A DNA stretch of 23,860 nucleotides from a virus (IMGVR_UViG_3300042564_003265), one strand, 5' to 3'; counted from the first letter of the stretch, positions 1-9,365 are shown. Numbers and translations are program-made. The notes: a model not told the origin generated them from the sequence alone.

Positions 1-842
1 ACTATACCATTTTGATTGAATTTTGCCTTTCTTTTGGTTAATCCCGACATCAAATAATCACTCACCACTTTTGCTCTTGCGTCTGACAATTCTTTAAACG
101 TTGGAACCTTTCCAGGGAATGTTTTTTTACTTGTCCCGTTTGGTATTGTAGAACAAGATGAAGTAATTTCTAATTTATTTACATAAACGTCTACCGCAGT
201 TCTACCATCTTTTTGTAATTCTTCGGTCATATTTTTAATTGCCTCATCAATACCACCAAAAATAGTTTCATTAATATATTGAATAAATTCAGGTGTCATT
301 ACGGCCTCATTAAATTGAAATTGCATTGGTTGTGCCACTGCTGGAGGTGTTAACATTTCATACCCCTGCTCAACATTTGGTAGTTCGATTTCCTTACCTT
401 CCTGACCTGGACTAACCATTTCTTGTTTTACCGTTGTTTGATTATCAACAACAATTTTTTTATTTTTTGTTTGTATACCGAAAACACCGTTATTCATTGC
501 AGAAACTACATAATAATAAAAGTTCGGATTTTTAGTTAACATACTGTCGAAAATCTGTGCGGATGTTTCATCCATCATAGATTTCATTTGTGATACAGTT
601 TGATTAAATCGTTTATTGGCATTATCATCCGCCGCGGGTTGGTTAGTTTTATTATCCCACACTAAACCTGCTCTTCTCGCCATATCACCTACCTTTTTAC
701 CTTCAAAATATTTGGTATGTCTTGGGTCCTTTGTTGAAATAATATTGTTAATATCTCTTTGTTTTTCAAACCCGATTTGTTCCTCAATCATCTTGTCCAT
801 AACAAATTTGGCTTGCTCCTCGGTAATTATAATTTTTTTCAT
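1..842 (-). CDS. Protein with KIIITEEQ leader and C-terminal OmpA-like motif; runs off the left edge
   Basis: Not in the ORF track. Manual translation from ATG 842 is open to position 1: MKKIIITEEQAKFVMDKMIEEQ...ELSDARAKVVSDYL, resembling the OmpA LS..RA..V..YL motif. Confidence 0.75.
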   Translation of the reverse strand, partial: MKKIIITEEQAKFVMDKMIEEQIGFEKQRDINNIISTKDPRHTKYFEGKKVGDMARRAGLVWDNKTNQPAADDNANKRFNQTVSQMKSMMDETSAQIFDSMLTKNPNFYYYVVSAMNNGVFGIQTKNKKIVVDNQTTVKQEMVSPGQEGKEIELPNVEQGYEMLTPPAVAQPMQFQFNEAVMTPEFIQYINETIFGGIDEAIKNMTEELQKDGRTAVDVYVNKLEITSSCSTIPNGTSKKTFPGKVPTFKELSDARAKVVSDYLMSGLTKRKAKFNQNGI

Positions 843-909
843 TAAAATCTATATTTTTATATAAATATCAAAAAAAATACTTACATTTACAATCCTAATA
901 TTTATTATT

Positions 910-1380
910 ATGGGAAAAATGGTAATTACAGAAAATCAATACAAAAATCTTCAGAAAATGATTAACGAAGAAGTAAGTAACAGATACGAAATGAAAGTAG
1001 ATGTTAATGTCGGTACAAATGGTACATACAAGTACGAGGGTATGGTTTTTGATGAAGCCACCACCTATTATGACGAAATGAGAGTGACCTATTTAATTGA
1101 CCAAGAACATAGAAGTTGGGGTATCAAAAACATATCAATATATGATATTCAAGGTTATGACGATATTGAAGTAACTCTTTATTTATATCCCGAAAATTCA
1201 AACAATTCTGATGATGCGGTGACCAAAGAAGTAAAAGTCCCATTAGATTGGAGTAAATTAAATGTTGAAACCATTCAGGGAAAAGGTATTGTAACTGTAG
1301 ATAATAGAGTTGACATTGAAATTCACGTCCAAGACGGTAAATTAGTACCTGAACTAAGAATGCAAGTTTACACAATGTAA
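910..1380 (+). CDS. Hypothetical protein with MVITENQ leader
   Basis: 156-aa ORF; TATTTAT at 899-905 just upstream. Confidence 0.8.
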   Translation: MGKMVITENQYKNLQKMINEEVSNRYEMKVDVNVGTNGTYKYEGMVFDEATTYYDEMRVTYLIDQEHRSWGIKNISIYDIQGYDDIEVTLYLYPENSNNSDDAVTKEVKVPLDWSKLNVETIQGKGIVTVDNRVDIEIHVQDGKLVPELRMQVYTM

Positions 1381-1389
1381 GGTTTTCAC

Positions 1390-1421
1390 TTTACATTTTA
1401 TAAAATTTCCTTATACTTATA
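1390..1421 (+). promoter_or_regulatory. Putative promoter of the 1516 gene
   Basis: TTTACA-N16-TATACT, alternatively TTTA-N20-TACTTATA; implies a start site near 1424. Confidence 0.4.
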
Positions 1422-1515
1422 ATAGACCTTGTGGTTGAAGTCGAAGTGTCCTTGAGGCATTTGAGTTGGAATTGATACCAACGAATTCGGGTTCAAATAC
1501 AAAAAATATAAGGAA

Positions 1516-2355
1516 ATGAACAGAAGAATTTCAGTTAACACAACTGGTTTCGCTGTACCACAATCTTTCATTACCAAAGGTAAACAAAGATTAAAACAGC
1601 ACATTGACACCGTATATCTCAATAACGGTGATGAGTTCGAAATTGAACTTTTTAATCCAAAATCAAATAAAGTTTTAGCAAGAATCGAGATGAATGGTAA
1701 TTCCATCGGTAATGGTATCATACTTCGTCCTGGTGAACGTGTTTTCCTCGAAAGGTATCTTGATGAGGCAAAGAAGTTTTTGTTCGAAACATACTTTGTA
1801 AATGGAAATAATGAGCAAGTAAAACAAGCAATCGCTAATAATGGTGACGTGGTTGTTAAATTCTTTGATGAGATTACCACACCAAGCTATTATAGTGGTA
1901 GTGGTACGTTAACAATTAACAACCCGAACATTGGGTGGTCAACCACAACAGGGACACCATATTATGGTAATACTTTCACAACAACCTCCACAAACACGTT
2001 TTACAACACCTCATTAACAAGTGGAACATTTAGCACTTCTAACACATTCTTAAACAATCCTACGAGAAAATTAAAAACTCAAAATTTAGCAACAATGGAT
2101 AGTTTGGACGATATTAGTAGTTCAAAAAGTGTTGAGACAGGTAGGGTTGAGAAGGGGTCAAATTCAGGTCAATCATTCACATATGATAATTCATTGTTTT
2201 ATTCTTACCCGACCGCGTCGGATTGGTGGAAAATAAAACCACAATCAATTAAACCTTTAATGAAAGAAGATTTAGTTGTTTATTGTACAGAGTGTGGTTC
2301 AAAGCGTAAAAAAGATAGTCATAAGTTCTGCCCACATTGCGGAACAAAATTCTAA
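1516..2355 (+). CDS. Phage protein with T/S/N-rich linker and C-terminal double zinc ribbon
   Basis: 279-aa ORF ending CTECG...FCPHCGTKF. Confidence 0.85.
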   Translation: MNRRISVNTTGFAVPQSFITKGKQRLKQHIDTVYLNNGDEFEIELFNPKSNKVLARIEMNGNSIGNGIILRPGERVFLERYLDEAKKFLFETYFVNGNNEQVKQAIANNGDVVVKFFDEITTPSYYSGSGTLTINNPNIGWSTTTGTPYYGNTFTTTSTNTFYNTSLTSGTFSTSNTFLNNPTRKLKTQNLATMDSLDDISSSKSVETGRVEKGSNSGQSFTYDNSLFYSYPTASDWWKIKPQSIKPLMKEDLVVYCTECGSKRKKDSHKFCPHCGTKF

Positions 2356-2381
2356 TAATAAACTAATCACAAGGTCAAATA

Positions 2382-2408
2382 AAAAAGGAGAGTCTTAACT
2401 CTCCTTTT
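2382..2408. terminator. Bidirectional intrinsic terminator
   Basis: aaaaaGGAGAG-tcttaa-CTCTCCtttt between convergent genes. Confidence 0.75.
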
Positions 2409-2565
2409 CTTTTTCATTATCGTGACCACATTTGTGACAAAGATACATATCTTTACCCCCCTCAGATTTTTTCCAAGACCACCCACATCCGTCACATATT
2501 ACCTTGTCTTCTGTTTCGGCTTCAACCAATTTTTTCAATTGTGATTCAGTTACTATTATTTTCAT
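2395..2565 (-). CDS. 56-aa zinc-ribbon protein with KIIVTESQL leader
   Basis: Missed by the track. MKIIVTESQLKKLVEAETEDKVICDGCGWSWKKSEGGKDMYLCHKCGHDNEKEKES; two CxxC; TATTTAT upstream (2571-2577). Confidence 0.8.
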   Translation of the reverse strand: MKIIVTESQLKKLVEAETEDKVICDGCGWSWKKSEGGKDMYLCHKCGHDNEKEKES

Positions 2566-2642
2566 ATAAAATAAATACCATTTGATTTCCGTTTTATTTA
2601 TTTTTTTTGTATATTTCTACTATATCTAATTTTGGTAACAAT

Positions 2643-2996
2643 ATGAATGAACACATAAAAAAGGGTTGGGGTCAAGAGATTATAATTACTAACAATGAAA
2701 AATATTGTGGTAAGTTATTGTGTTTTAATCAAGGAAGTATGTTCTCAATGCATTATCATATGATAAAAGACGAGACTTGGTATGTTAATAGTGGTAAATT
2801 TATTTATCGTTGGATTGACACTAACACCGCCGATTTATTTGAGGAAACGTTAGATGTTGGTAATGTGGTAAGAATACCACCCGGTTTACCACATCAATTA
2901 GAATGTGTTGAGGAAGGTGTAATCTTTGAAGTATCAACACAACACTTTGACGATGATTCATATAGAGTTTGGAAGGGGGACTCACAAAAAAAATAA
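2643..2996 (+). CDS. Cupin-fold protein (sugar isomerase / mannose-6-phosphate isomerase-like)
   Basis: KGWGQE...SMHYH..KDETWYV and PPGLPHQL cupin motifs; ATG 2643 preferred to the track start 2607. Confidence 0.8.
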   Translation: MNEHIKKGWGQEIIITNNEKYCGKLLCFNQGSMFSMHYHMIKDETWYVNSGKFIYRWIDTNTADLFEETLDVGNVVRIPPGLPHQLECVEEGVIFEVSTQHFDDDSYRVWKGDSQKK

Positions 2997-2997
2997 T

Positions 2998-3399
2998 ATG
3001 CCAAAAGTTTGGGTAAACGGGACATTTGATGTCTTACATATTGGACACATAAAATTATTAGAATATGCTTCAACATTTGGGACCGTTAGGGTGGGTATTG
3101 ACACAGATAGTAGAGTACGTGAAAAAAAAGGAGAAGGTAGACCATATAATGGAATCGAAGACCGTATGGAATTTATCCGTAGCATTAGGTTTGTCGACAG
3201 CGTTGTATCTTTTGATTCTAACAATACACTCGTTGATAGTATAAAAGAATGGGAGCCGGATGTGATGGTTATTGGTGGTGAATACCGATACAAAGAAATA
3301 ATCGGACTTGAGATGGTTCCTCACATTGAATTTTTTGATAAGGTTGGTAATCACTCTTCCACAAATATTTTAAATTATGAGAATAATAGTAATAGGTGA
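2998..3399 (+). CDS. Cytidylyltransferase-family nucleotidyltransferase (RfaE domain II / HldC-like)
   Basis: NGTFDVLHIGH (HIGH motif), GIDTD.RV...KG..RP; ATG 2998 follows the cupin stop directly. Confidence 0.85.
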   Translation: MPKVWVNGTFDVLHIGHIKLLEYASTFGTVRVGIDTDSRVREKKGEGRPYNGIEDRMEFIRSIRFVDSVVSFDSNNTLVDSIKEWEPDVMVIGGEYRYKEIIGLEMVPHIEFFDKVGNHSSTNILNYENNSNR

Positions 3400-4123
3400 A
3401 ATATGTGAAGATGTGTTTGTCTATGGGGAATCTAAAAGATTAAGTCCCGAAGCTCCGGTACCTGTCTTCATTCCAAAATACACAACCATCAATAATGGTA
3501 TGTGTGGTAATGTTATGGAAAACTTAAAAGGTCTTTTACCCGATGCCGACATTAACTATGTTCCACAACAAGCTAAAATCACAAAAACAAGGTACGTTGA
3601 TGATAAATCAAATTATATGTTTTTGCGTGTTGATAGTGGTGAGAATGATGTGAGTGCTCTTAAATTAAATGGATACATTAAAAAGTTAATTGAGAAGAGT
3701 GACATTACAATTGTTAGTGATTATAACAAAGGTTTTTTAACGGACGATGTTTTAATAGAAATTGGACAATTGTCCAAATTATCAATCATCGATAGTAAGC
3801 GAAATCTAACGGATGATGTTGTGGAGTCATATTCATTCGTTAAACTAAATGAAGAAGAATTTTCAGTTAATAAAAAGTTATCTGAAAAATATTTAAATAA
3901 AATGGTTGTTACACTTGGTATGAAAGGTGCTATGTATAACAACGTTAATTATCCATCACCATCACCAAAACAAACAATAGATGTTAGTGGTGCGGGTGAT
4001 ACTTTTGTGGCCTCTTTCATTACTAAATTTTACGAAACAGATGATGTTTCCGATTCAATAAAATTTGCAAATGAAATGGCGTCAATTGTAGTTTCAAAAA
4101 GAGGTGTTGCAACACCATTTTAA
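3377..4123 (+). CDS. PfkB-family sugar kinase (RfaE domain I / HldA-like heptose-7-phosphate kinase)
   Basis: RLSPEAPVPV, SDYNKG and DVSGAGDTF motifs typical of RfaE domain I. Confidence 0.85.
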   Translation: MRIIVIGEICEDVFVYGESKRLSPEAPVPVFIPKYTTINNGMCGNVMENLKGLLPDADINYVPQQAKITKTRYVDDKSNYMFLRVDSGENDVSALKLNGYIKKLIEKSDITIVSDYNKGFLTDDVLIEIGQLSKLSIIDSKRNLTDDVVESYSFVKLNEEEFSVNKKLSEKYLNKMVVTLGMKGAMYNNVNYPSPSPKQTIDVSGAGDTFVASFITKFYETDDVSDSIKFANEMASIVVSKRGVATPF

Positions 4124-4125
4124 TT

Positions 4126-5643
4126 ATGTTAAAAAGATTTAAAAGAATTTATGTTTCGGGTTGTTCATTAACTGCGGGTAGTGGATTGGATTCCGATATG
4201 GTTAAAGAAAAATATAAGGAACTCCACAACATAGAATATGCTCACGAGAAAGACGTGACCTACCCTAAGTACTTAGGTGATTTTTTTGAGTGTCCTGTAA
4301 TCAATGATGCGAAGTCTGGTACTGGTTCACCAAGATTAATTAGAAGAGCGTATGAATTTATAAAAGAAATCGGTTTTGATGAGGCGAAAAAAACATTGTT
4401 CTTTTTTCAAATAAATAATGCAGCTCATAGAGCTGAAATGTACTATAAAAAAATTGGAGATTATTTGGTCATCAATCCTAAATATGATTTAGAAACTGGT
4501 GAACTAAATGGTGTCGATGCAACTGATAATTGGTCGGGTACTGATAGAATGTACGACGCTCGTGAATATTTTGAAGTAAACAAGTATTTGAAAAATCATT
4601 TAAATACGTTTCACGACCCATTTGTTTATCAAGATAAAATAGGGGATGAATTTTTAGGTTTAATAAGTTTTTTAGAAAGTTTAAATATTGAGTATTATTA
4701 TATTTTAGAATTCCATAGTATCCAAGACAGATACAGAATGGAAGTTTATAATAAATTAAATAAAAAAAGATTGATTACTCCAGGTGGTGAGTGGGGAGTT
4801 AGTCCATTTACCACAAATAGAAAATTAAACATTTGTGACGAAACTGATTTCATAGTTACAGATTCACACCCCGGTGTTCTTGGTCATAAAGCATTAGGTG
4901 AACAGTTATGTAAAGAATTGAAAGAAAAACTAACCCAAAGATTATGGGTTTTTGGTGATTCTTATAGTGTAGATTTTGAAGATTTATCGATGTCATATAA
5001 ACAGTTCGAGGATTATATAAACTTAAAAGGTTACATACCGAAAACATATGTTAATCATATTTCAAACGAATACGGTTACAATGTAAAAAACTTTGCAAAA
5101 TCCGGAAGTTCTAACGCCACAATATTAAGTCAATTCATTAAGGTAATGGACGAAATTCAGCCTGAAGATATTGTTATTATAAATTGGTCCTCTATTTTAA
5201 GATTTAGAACGTCAAATGGTAATGATGATTTTTGGGATGTGGTATCTACTGAAAATATATCACATCTCGAAAATTCAATTTCCGAAAATTCATTAAATGA
5301 GTTTAAACAAAATAGAAATAGAGATTTTGCTTTCTATAAAGAATTATTAGAACATATAAAATTAGTTGACAAGATATGTAAAAATAATTTAGTGATTCAT
5401 TGGTCTTGGGACTTTCCGCAAATGATAAACTCTAATATCACTATTAATATATTAAAAAATAAACTATTAAGCCTCAAAGATTTTGAAACAATATTCGAAG
5501 AAACTGGTGGACAAATAGTTGATTACCACTATTCGGAAAAAGGTCATTTAGAATTATCGCAATTTATAATTAAAGAAATTAAAAAGAAATTTGACCATCC
5601 GAAAGAATCATTTTTTGATAGGATGCTTAAAAAATTACTTTAA
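4126..5643 (+). CDS. Tandem SGNH/GDSL hydrolase-like protein
   Basis: Two block sets: GCSLTAG...DSHPG..GH and FGDSYS...KSGSSN...DYHYSEKGH. Confidence 0.7.
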   Translation: MLKRFKRIYVSGCSLTAGSGLDSDMVKEKYKELHNIEYAHEKDVTYPKYLGDFFECPVINDAKSGTGSPRLIRRAYEFIKEIGFDEAKKTLFFFQINNAAHRAEMYYKKIGDYLVINPKYDLETGELNGVDATDNWSGTDRMYDAREYFEVNKYLKNHLNTFHDPFVYQDKIGDEFLGLISFLESLNIEYYYILEFHSIQDRYRMEVYNKLNKKRLITPGGEWGVSPFTTNRKLNICDETDFIVTDSHPGVLGHKALGEQLCKELKEKLTQRLWVFGDSYSVDFEDLSMSYKQFEDYINLKGYIPKTYVNHISNEYGYNVKNFAKSGSSNATILSQFIKVMDEIQPEDIVIINWSSILRFRTSNGNDDFWDVVSTENISHLENSISENSLNEFKQNRNRDFAFYKELLEHIKLVDKICKNNLVIHWSWDFPQMINSNITINILKNKLLSLKDFETIFEETGGQIVDYHYSEKGHLELSQFIIKEIKKKFDHPKESFFDRMLKKLL

Positions 5644-5976
5644 TTATTTGTGTTTAATAATTAATTCACCCAACACTTCAATCTGACCTACTAATCTTTG
5701 GAATTCGATTTGTCCGATGTCACTACCCAAATCACACAATTTATCTAAGTGTTCTTTATATTCTTTTTTGGCTTCTGATAAATCAAAATCGCCTTCAGAT
5801 GCTTTTTTATAATATGGTAATTTAACCACAAAATGATGATACGTTAACATTGCAGGTCCTCCCTTTTCTTTTGCGTTGTCTACAATTTTAGACGCACCTC
5901 CCATTCTCTTTTCCGCAAATTCACAGAACTTTGCGTTTTTTGATTCGGACTCTGATAATAACTGTAATAATTTCAT
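5644..5976 (-). CDS. Hypothetical protein (MKLLQLLSE leader)
   Basis: 110-aa ORF directly downstream of the 5983-6249 gene. Confidence 0.75.
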   Translation of the reverse strand: MKLLQLLSESESKNAKFCEFAEKRMGGASKIVDNAKEKGGPAMLTYHHFVVKLPYYKKASEGDFDLSEAKKEYKEHLDKLCDLGSDIGQIEFQRLVGQIEVLGELIIKHK

Positions 5977-5982
5977 ATAATA

Positions 5983-6249
5983 TTAATTTTCTTCTGAACC
6001 CATTTTTGTACCATATAGGAAGGGTAATTCTTCTTTCATTCTAACCAAGATATCGAACATAGGTTGTCTAACCGCCGCGAATTCTTCGTCCTTAATAATA
6101 CCACTATCTTTTAATTCTAACAATCTATGGAATATTCTAACAAACTCATCGTAATGACGTTCATTTAAAACTTCGGGTCCTTGTTCCGATTCTTTGTCAA
6201 AATATTCAAATATTTTGTCAAGTTGTTCTTCTGTTAATGCTAATTTCAT
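5983..6249 (-). CDS. Hypothetical protein (MKLALTEEQL leader)
   Basis: 88-aa ORF; TATTTAT upstream (6254-6260). Confidence 0.75.
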   Translation of the reverse strand: MKLALTEEQLDKIFEYFDKESEQGPEVLNERHYDEFVRIFHRLLELKDSGIIKDEEFAAVRQPMFDILVRMKEELPFLYGTKMGSEEN

Positions 6250-6260
6250 AATAATAAATA

Positions 6261-6890
6261 TCAGTTCTTTTTAATTACCCAAAAATTACCATCAATCACA
6301 TCATAATTGACTTGAGCATCGTCTTTAAACCTTCTTATTGCGTTTCTAACACCTTCCCAATTTGAGTAGTCGTCACCAAAAATAACCCCTCCTTCTTTTA
6401 ATATTGAGTAGTAGTTTTTAATGTCTTTATACACGTCATCCTCTTCGTGAGATGCATCAATATAAATAAGCTCAGGTTTTAATCCCTTATATTGAAGGTA
6501 TCGATACCCATTTTCAGAAGTATTAGGAAATGGTGATATAACGTCCTGTAATCCATTATGAACCACATTAGAGAGAAACTGGTAGTATATTTGAGGGTAC
6601 CCGTTTTTTAAAAGTAGGTTTCTTTCGTCGGTAGTTGCCGCCCAAGACCAAAATTCAATAGCACCTAACCAAGTATCAATACATATAATTTTAGTGTTTT
6701 TACCGGTATCTAATATGTGTTTACCCATATTAATGGCGGATTGTCCTTTCCAAGTTCCCACTTCAACAATTAAATTAGGGTTCACTTCATCTATTATTTT
6801 TTTGAAGAAATTGTGGGTACCGTTCCATCCCTGTTTATCTTCCGGTAATAATTCTAAACCATCATAGATGGATTTGTCGATACTATTCAT
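6261..6890 (-). CDS. Class I SAM-dependent methyltransferase (small-molecule/sugar type)
   Basis: VEVGTWKGQS motif I, LIYIDASH, GGVIFGDDY. Confidence 0.85.
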   Translation of the reverse strand: MNSIDKSIYDGLELLPEDKQGWNGTHNFFKKIIDEVNPNLIVEVGTWKGQSAINMGKHILDTGKNTKIICIDTWLGAIEFWSWAATTDERNLLLKNGYPQIYYQFLSNVVHNGLQDVISPFPNTSENGYRYLQYKGLKPELIYIDASHEEDDVYKDIKNYYSILKEGGVIFGDDYSNWEGVRNAIRRFKDDAQVNYDVIDGNFWVIKKN

Positions 6891-6891
6891 A

Positions 6892-7527
6892 TTAAGGTTT
6901 GTTTGTGTAGATGTCTTTTAAACACCAATTTGCTTTTATTTTATGTAAATCAATACCGGGGAAGTACTCAATTATCCTTTCGGTCCCGTTGTTGTAGTAA
7001 TCTCCAGCATTTGATGTTTCTCTTTTATTGTAGTTATAGTGATGTTCCTTGGGTCTAAAAAATATATCTTCGTCATTTATTAGTATTTGTTTGTAATACT
7101 GTAAATCCTCCGATACATTTTTATAATTTAATATTTGGTCTTTCTTTTCTTGCAAATAATCCCAACGATATGACCCCATATTCATACTTAAGTCGTGAGT
7201 TAAACTAATATATTTTTTATCTCTATATTGGTAATTTTTAACTTTCTCATAAAACCTATCACCAACATAACAGGTATCGTGTAATAAAAACCAATAGTCT
7301 GATTCGATATTTAAATCCAATACCGAAATTAAACCCGTGAAATCCATCGAATTATGTGGACAGGTGTATCTATTGTATTCACCCTCTATTTTCTGATAAT
7401 CACCTTTATACCCCCCGATGAAAAAATAAATATTTTCAGGTTCAATACCCGAATTTATTAACGATTCAACAACTTTGTTTTCCGTTAATTCATAGTAATC
7501 TCTATGTGAACTGATTGCAAATTTCAT
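6892..7527 (-). CDS. Glycosyltransferase-like protein
   Basis: GT-A-like start (FAISSH) and YWFLLHDTC motif; adjacent to the methyltransferase. Confidence 0.5.
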   Translation of the reverse strand: MKFAISSHRDYYELTENKVVESLINSGIEPENIYFFIGGYKGDYQKIEGEYNRYTCPHNSMDFTGLISVLDLNIESDYWFLLHDTCYVGDRFYEKVKNYQYRDKKYISLTHDLSMNMGSYRWDYLQEKKDQILNYKNVSEDLQYYKQILINDEDIFFRPKEHHYNYNKRETSNAGDYYNNGTERIIEYFPGIDLHKIKANWCLKDIYTNKP

Positions 7528-7557
7528 TCAATAAAATATACCAAATAAATATCAAAT

Positions 7558-7583
7558 AAAAAACCCCTTACGAGAAGGGGTTT
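7558..7583 (-). terminator. Intrinsic terminator
   Basis: AAACCCCTT-acgag-AAGGGGTTT with U-tract on the minus strand. Confidence 0.75.
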
Positions 7584-7608
7584 AAAATTTTTTAATGTAA
7601 TATATTGA

Positions 7609-8550
7609 TTAAATTAATCCTGGCACACTTGCCAATTTCACATCAACTGTTGACCATTTAGTAAGACCTATACTACCACTACCAAGATTACCGAATTCGG
7701 CTTGGATTCCTTCAGATTGAAAGTCGTTACGTATTGCCTCAAGTTTTTGTGGTCCCACTAAAATTTCTAAAGCTAATGGGTCGTGTAACGCGTCTGGAAA
7801 ATTATATGTGTTCATCTTGGGTAATCTAAAACCTCTAATTCCTGTTGTTTGTCCGGTACTGGCAGTTACCCCGTTTTTACGTAATATTTGTCTAATTTTA
7901 GGAATGTTTAATACATTTCTATTATTTTCCAATTTAACCTTGTAAGCATCTTTTAATGCTTCCTTCGCTTGTTCTTTTAATCTATAAAACTCTCCACTTT
8001 TTGGGTTTACACGTTCTGCTCTATCTCTTTCATTACTAAGTTGTCTCCAACGATTAATTAAATAATCATATTGTGCTCTCATACCTCCCTCACCCTCAAC
8101 TTGCTCATTAACAGATAATTTAATCACTCTCTCAAGTTGTTCTTCAGTTAATACGATTTTTCTATTTTTAATTGATTCATTCATTTCTGTTTCTTCTGAA
8201 CTTCTATTTTTATATTTCACATCCAATACAAAATCAGAGAATATGTCGTGCATATCTGAAACATATTTCTGACTCATTTTTCTCACTTCTTTATTTAAGT
8301 CGTGAAGTTGACCCACCGCAGTTTCGATTGTTTCTTTAAGTTGTGGGTTTTCTGATGAAATTAAATCCAAAATTCGTATTGAGTATTGTATTTGATTTGT
8401 CGCATCACTACTGAATCCCGAATCCTCAATGATGTTTTGTAAAAGACTAATTGAAGTTTGAGAGGCTTCAACCACCGACAATGTTTGAAATGCTCTTTGA
8501 GCTTTTACAAAATCTAATTGTGGTCCTGATAATTGTTTTTCATTTTCCAT
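7609..8550 (-). CDS. Hypothetical protein with internal KIVLTEEQL...VNEQ motif
   Basis: 313-aa ORF; two TATTTAT upstream (8557-8563, 8568-8574). Confidence 0.8.
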   Translation of the reverse strand: MENEKQLSGPQLDFVKAQRAFQTLSVVEASQTSISLLQNIIEDSGFSSDATNQIQYSIRILDLISSENPQLKETIETAVGQLHDLNKEVRKMSQKYVSDMHDIFSDFVLDVKYKNRSSEETEMNESIKNRKIVLTEEQLERVIKLSVNEQVEGEGGMRAQYDYLINRWRQLSNERDRAERVNPKSGEFYRLKEQAKEALKDAYKVKLENNRNVLNIPKIRQILRKNGVTASTGQTTGIRGFRLPKMNTYNFPDALHDPLALEILVGPQKLEAIRNDFQSEGIQAEFGNLGSGSIGLTKWSTVDVKLASVPGLI

Positions 8551-8618
8551 ATTAACATAAATATATAATAAATACTCTCAAACCTTGGTTTCTACATATA
8601 AAATCCCAAGTTAAAGGT

Positions 8619-8729
8619 TCATTTTCTTAATTTATTAGATATTAACACATATAACTCCCAAGACAGATAGAAGGGAGAGAAAAAAATTACCATCAAGGAA
8701 ACTGCAATAATTGCCAATAAACGTGTCAT
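8619..8729 (-). CDS. 36-aa single-TM membrane peptide
   Basis: MTRLLAIIAVSLMVIFFSPFYLSWELYVLISNKLRK; start 8729 lies downstream of a terminator and two TATTTAT, so the longer track ORF is unlikely. Confidence 0.55.
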   Translation of the reverse strand: MTRLLAIIAVSLMVIFFSPFYLSWELYVLISNKLRK

Positions 8730-8760
8730 ATAATAAAATATATTAAATAAATATAAATAA

Positions 8761-8792
8761 AAAAAGGGATAAGAGTAGCGAATTCTTATCCC
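8761..8792 (-). terminator. Intrinsic terminator
   Basis: GGGATAAGA-9 nt-TCTTATCCC followed by a U-tract on the minus strand. Confidence 0.8.
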
Positions 8793-8858
8793 AACGGGAT
8801 AGTAACTAGTCCCGGTCCTAAGCTGGGTCTTCAAACCCAGGTTATCGTAAAAATGGAT

Positions 8859-9365
8859 TTACCATCTTAAAAGTCCAAAAAGACCTCGAGACTGTGTCCC
8901 ATCACAAAAATAAGTTTTTGTTTTTTTAATATTAAGAAGTCTACCCAAAAACGATAATACCATAATAAAAGCAATACCACCAATTACCATTGCAAATGCG
9001 GGAGGCATACTAACACCCAATAAGGTAACAAGTGCAGGTGCCGCAACTTGTTCCGTTTGTTGTTGTCTCTTTAATTCTTTTAATTGTTTCTTCAATTGCA
9101 TTAATTGTGCAAATGATGCGGTTTTCATTTTTTCTTTTAATTCCGCAATTTTTTGACTCTCCTCATCACCAATATTTGTCGGTAATTCAATAGTCTCAGG
9201 GTCGGAACAGATTACCTCTTTATATTCTTCAGGTGTTAAATCTTCCCCAACTTTCTCATTGAATTCTTGGGTTTCTTGTTGTAACAAAGCCATTGACGAA
9301 TCGTCTTCCATAAGATTCATCATCAATTTAATTCTTGATACTTGTTCGTTTAATGTTTTTTTCAT
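8859..9365 (-). CDS. Membrane-anchored protein with LNEQVSRIKLMM leader
   Basis: 168 aa; hydrophobic segment near the C-terminus. Confidence 0.8.
   Translation of the reverse strand: MKKTLNEQVSRIKLMMNLMEDDSSMALLQQETQEFNEKVGEDLTPEEYKEVICSDPETIELPTNIGDEESQKIAELKEKMKTASFAQLMQLKKQLKELKRQQQTEQVAAPALVTLLGVSMPPAFAMVIGGIAFIMVLSFLGRLLNIKKTKTYFCDGTQSRGLFGLLRW

Noticed and set aside
5641-5646. Abutting convergent stop codons without a terminator
   Set aside because: Common in compact phage genomes; no further signal.
1425-8845. tRNA or known ncRNA in the structured segments at 1425-1500 and 8790-8845
   Set aside because: No cloverleaf, TTCGA loop or CCA end recognisable.
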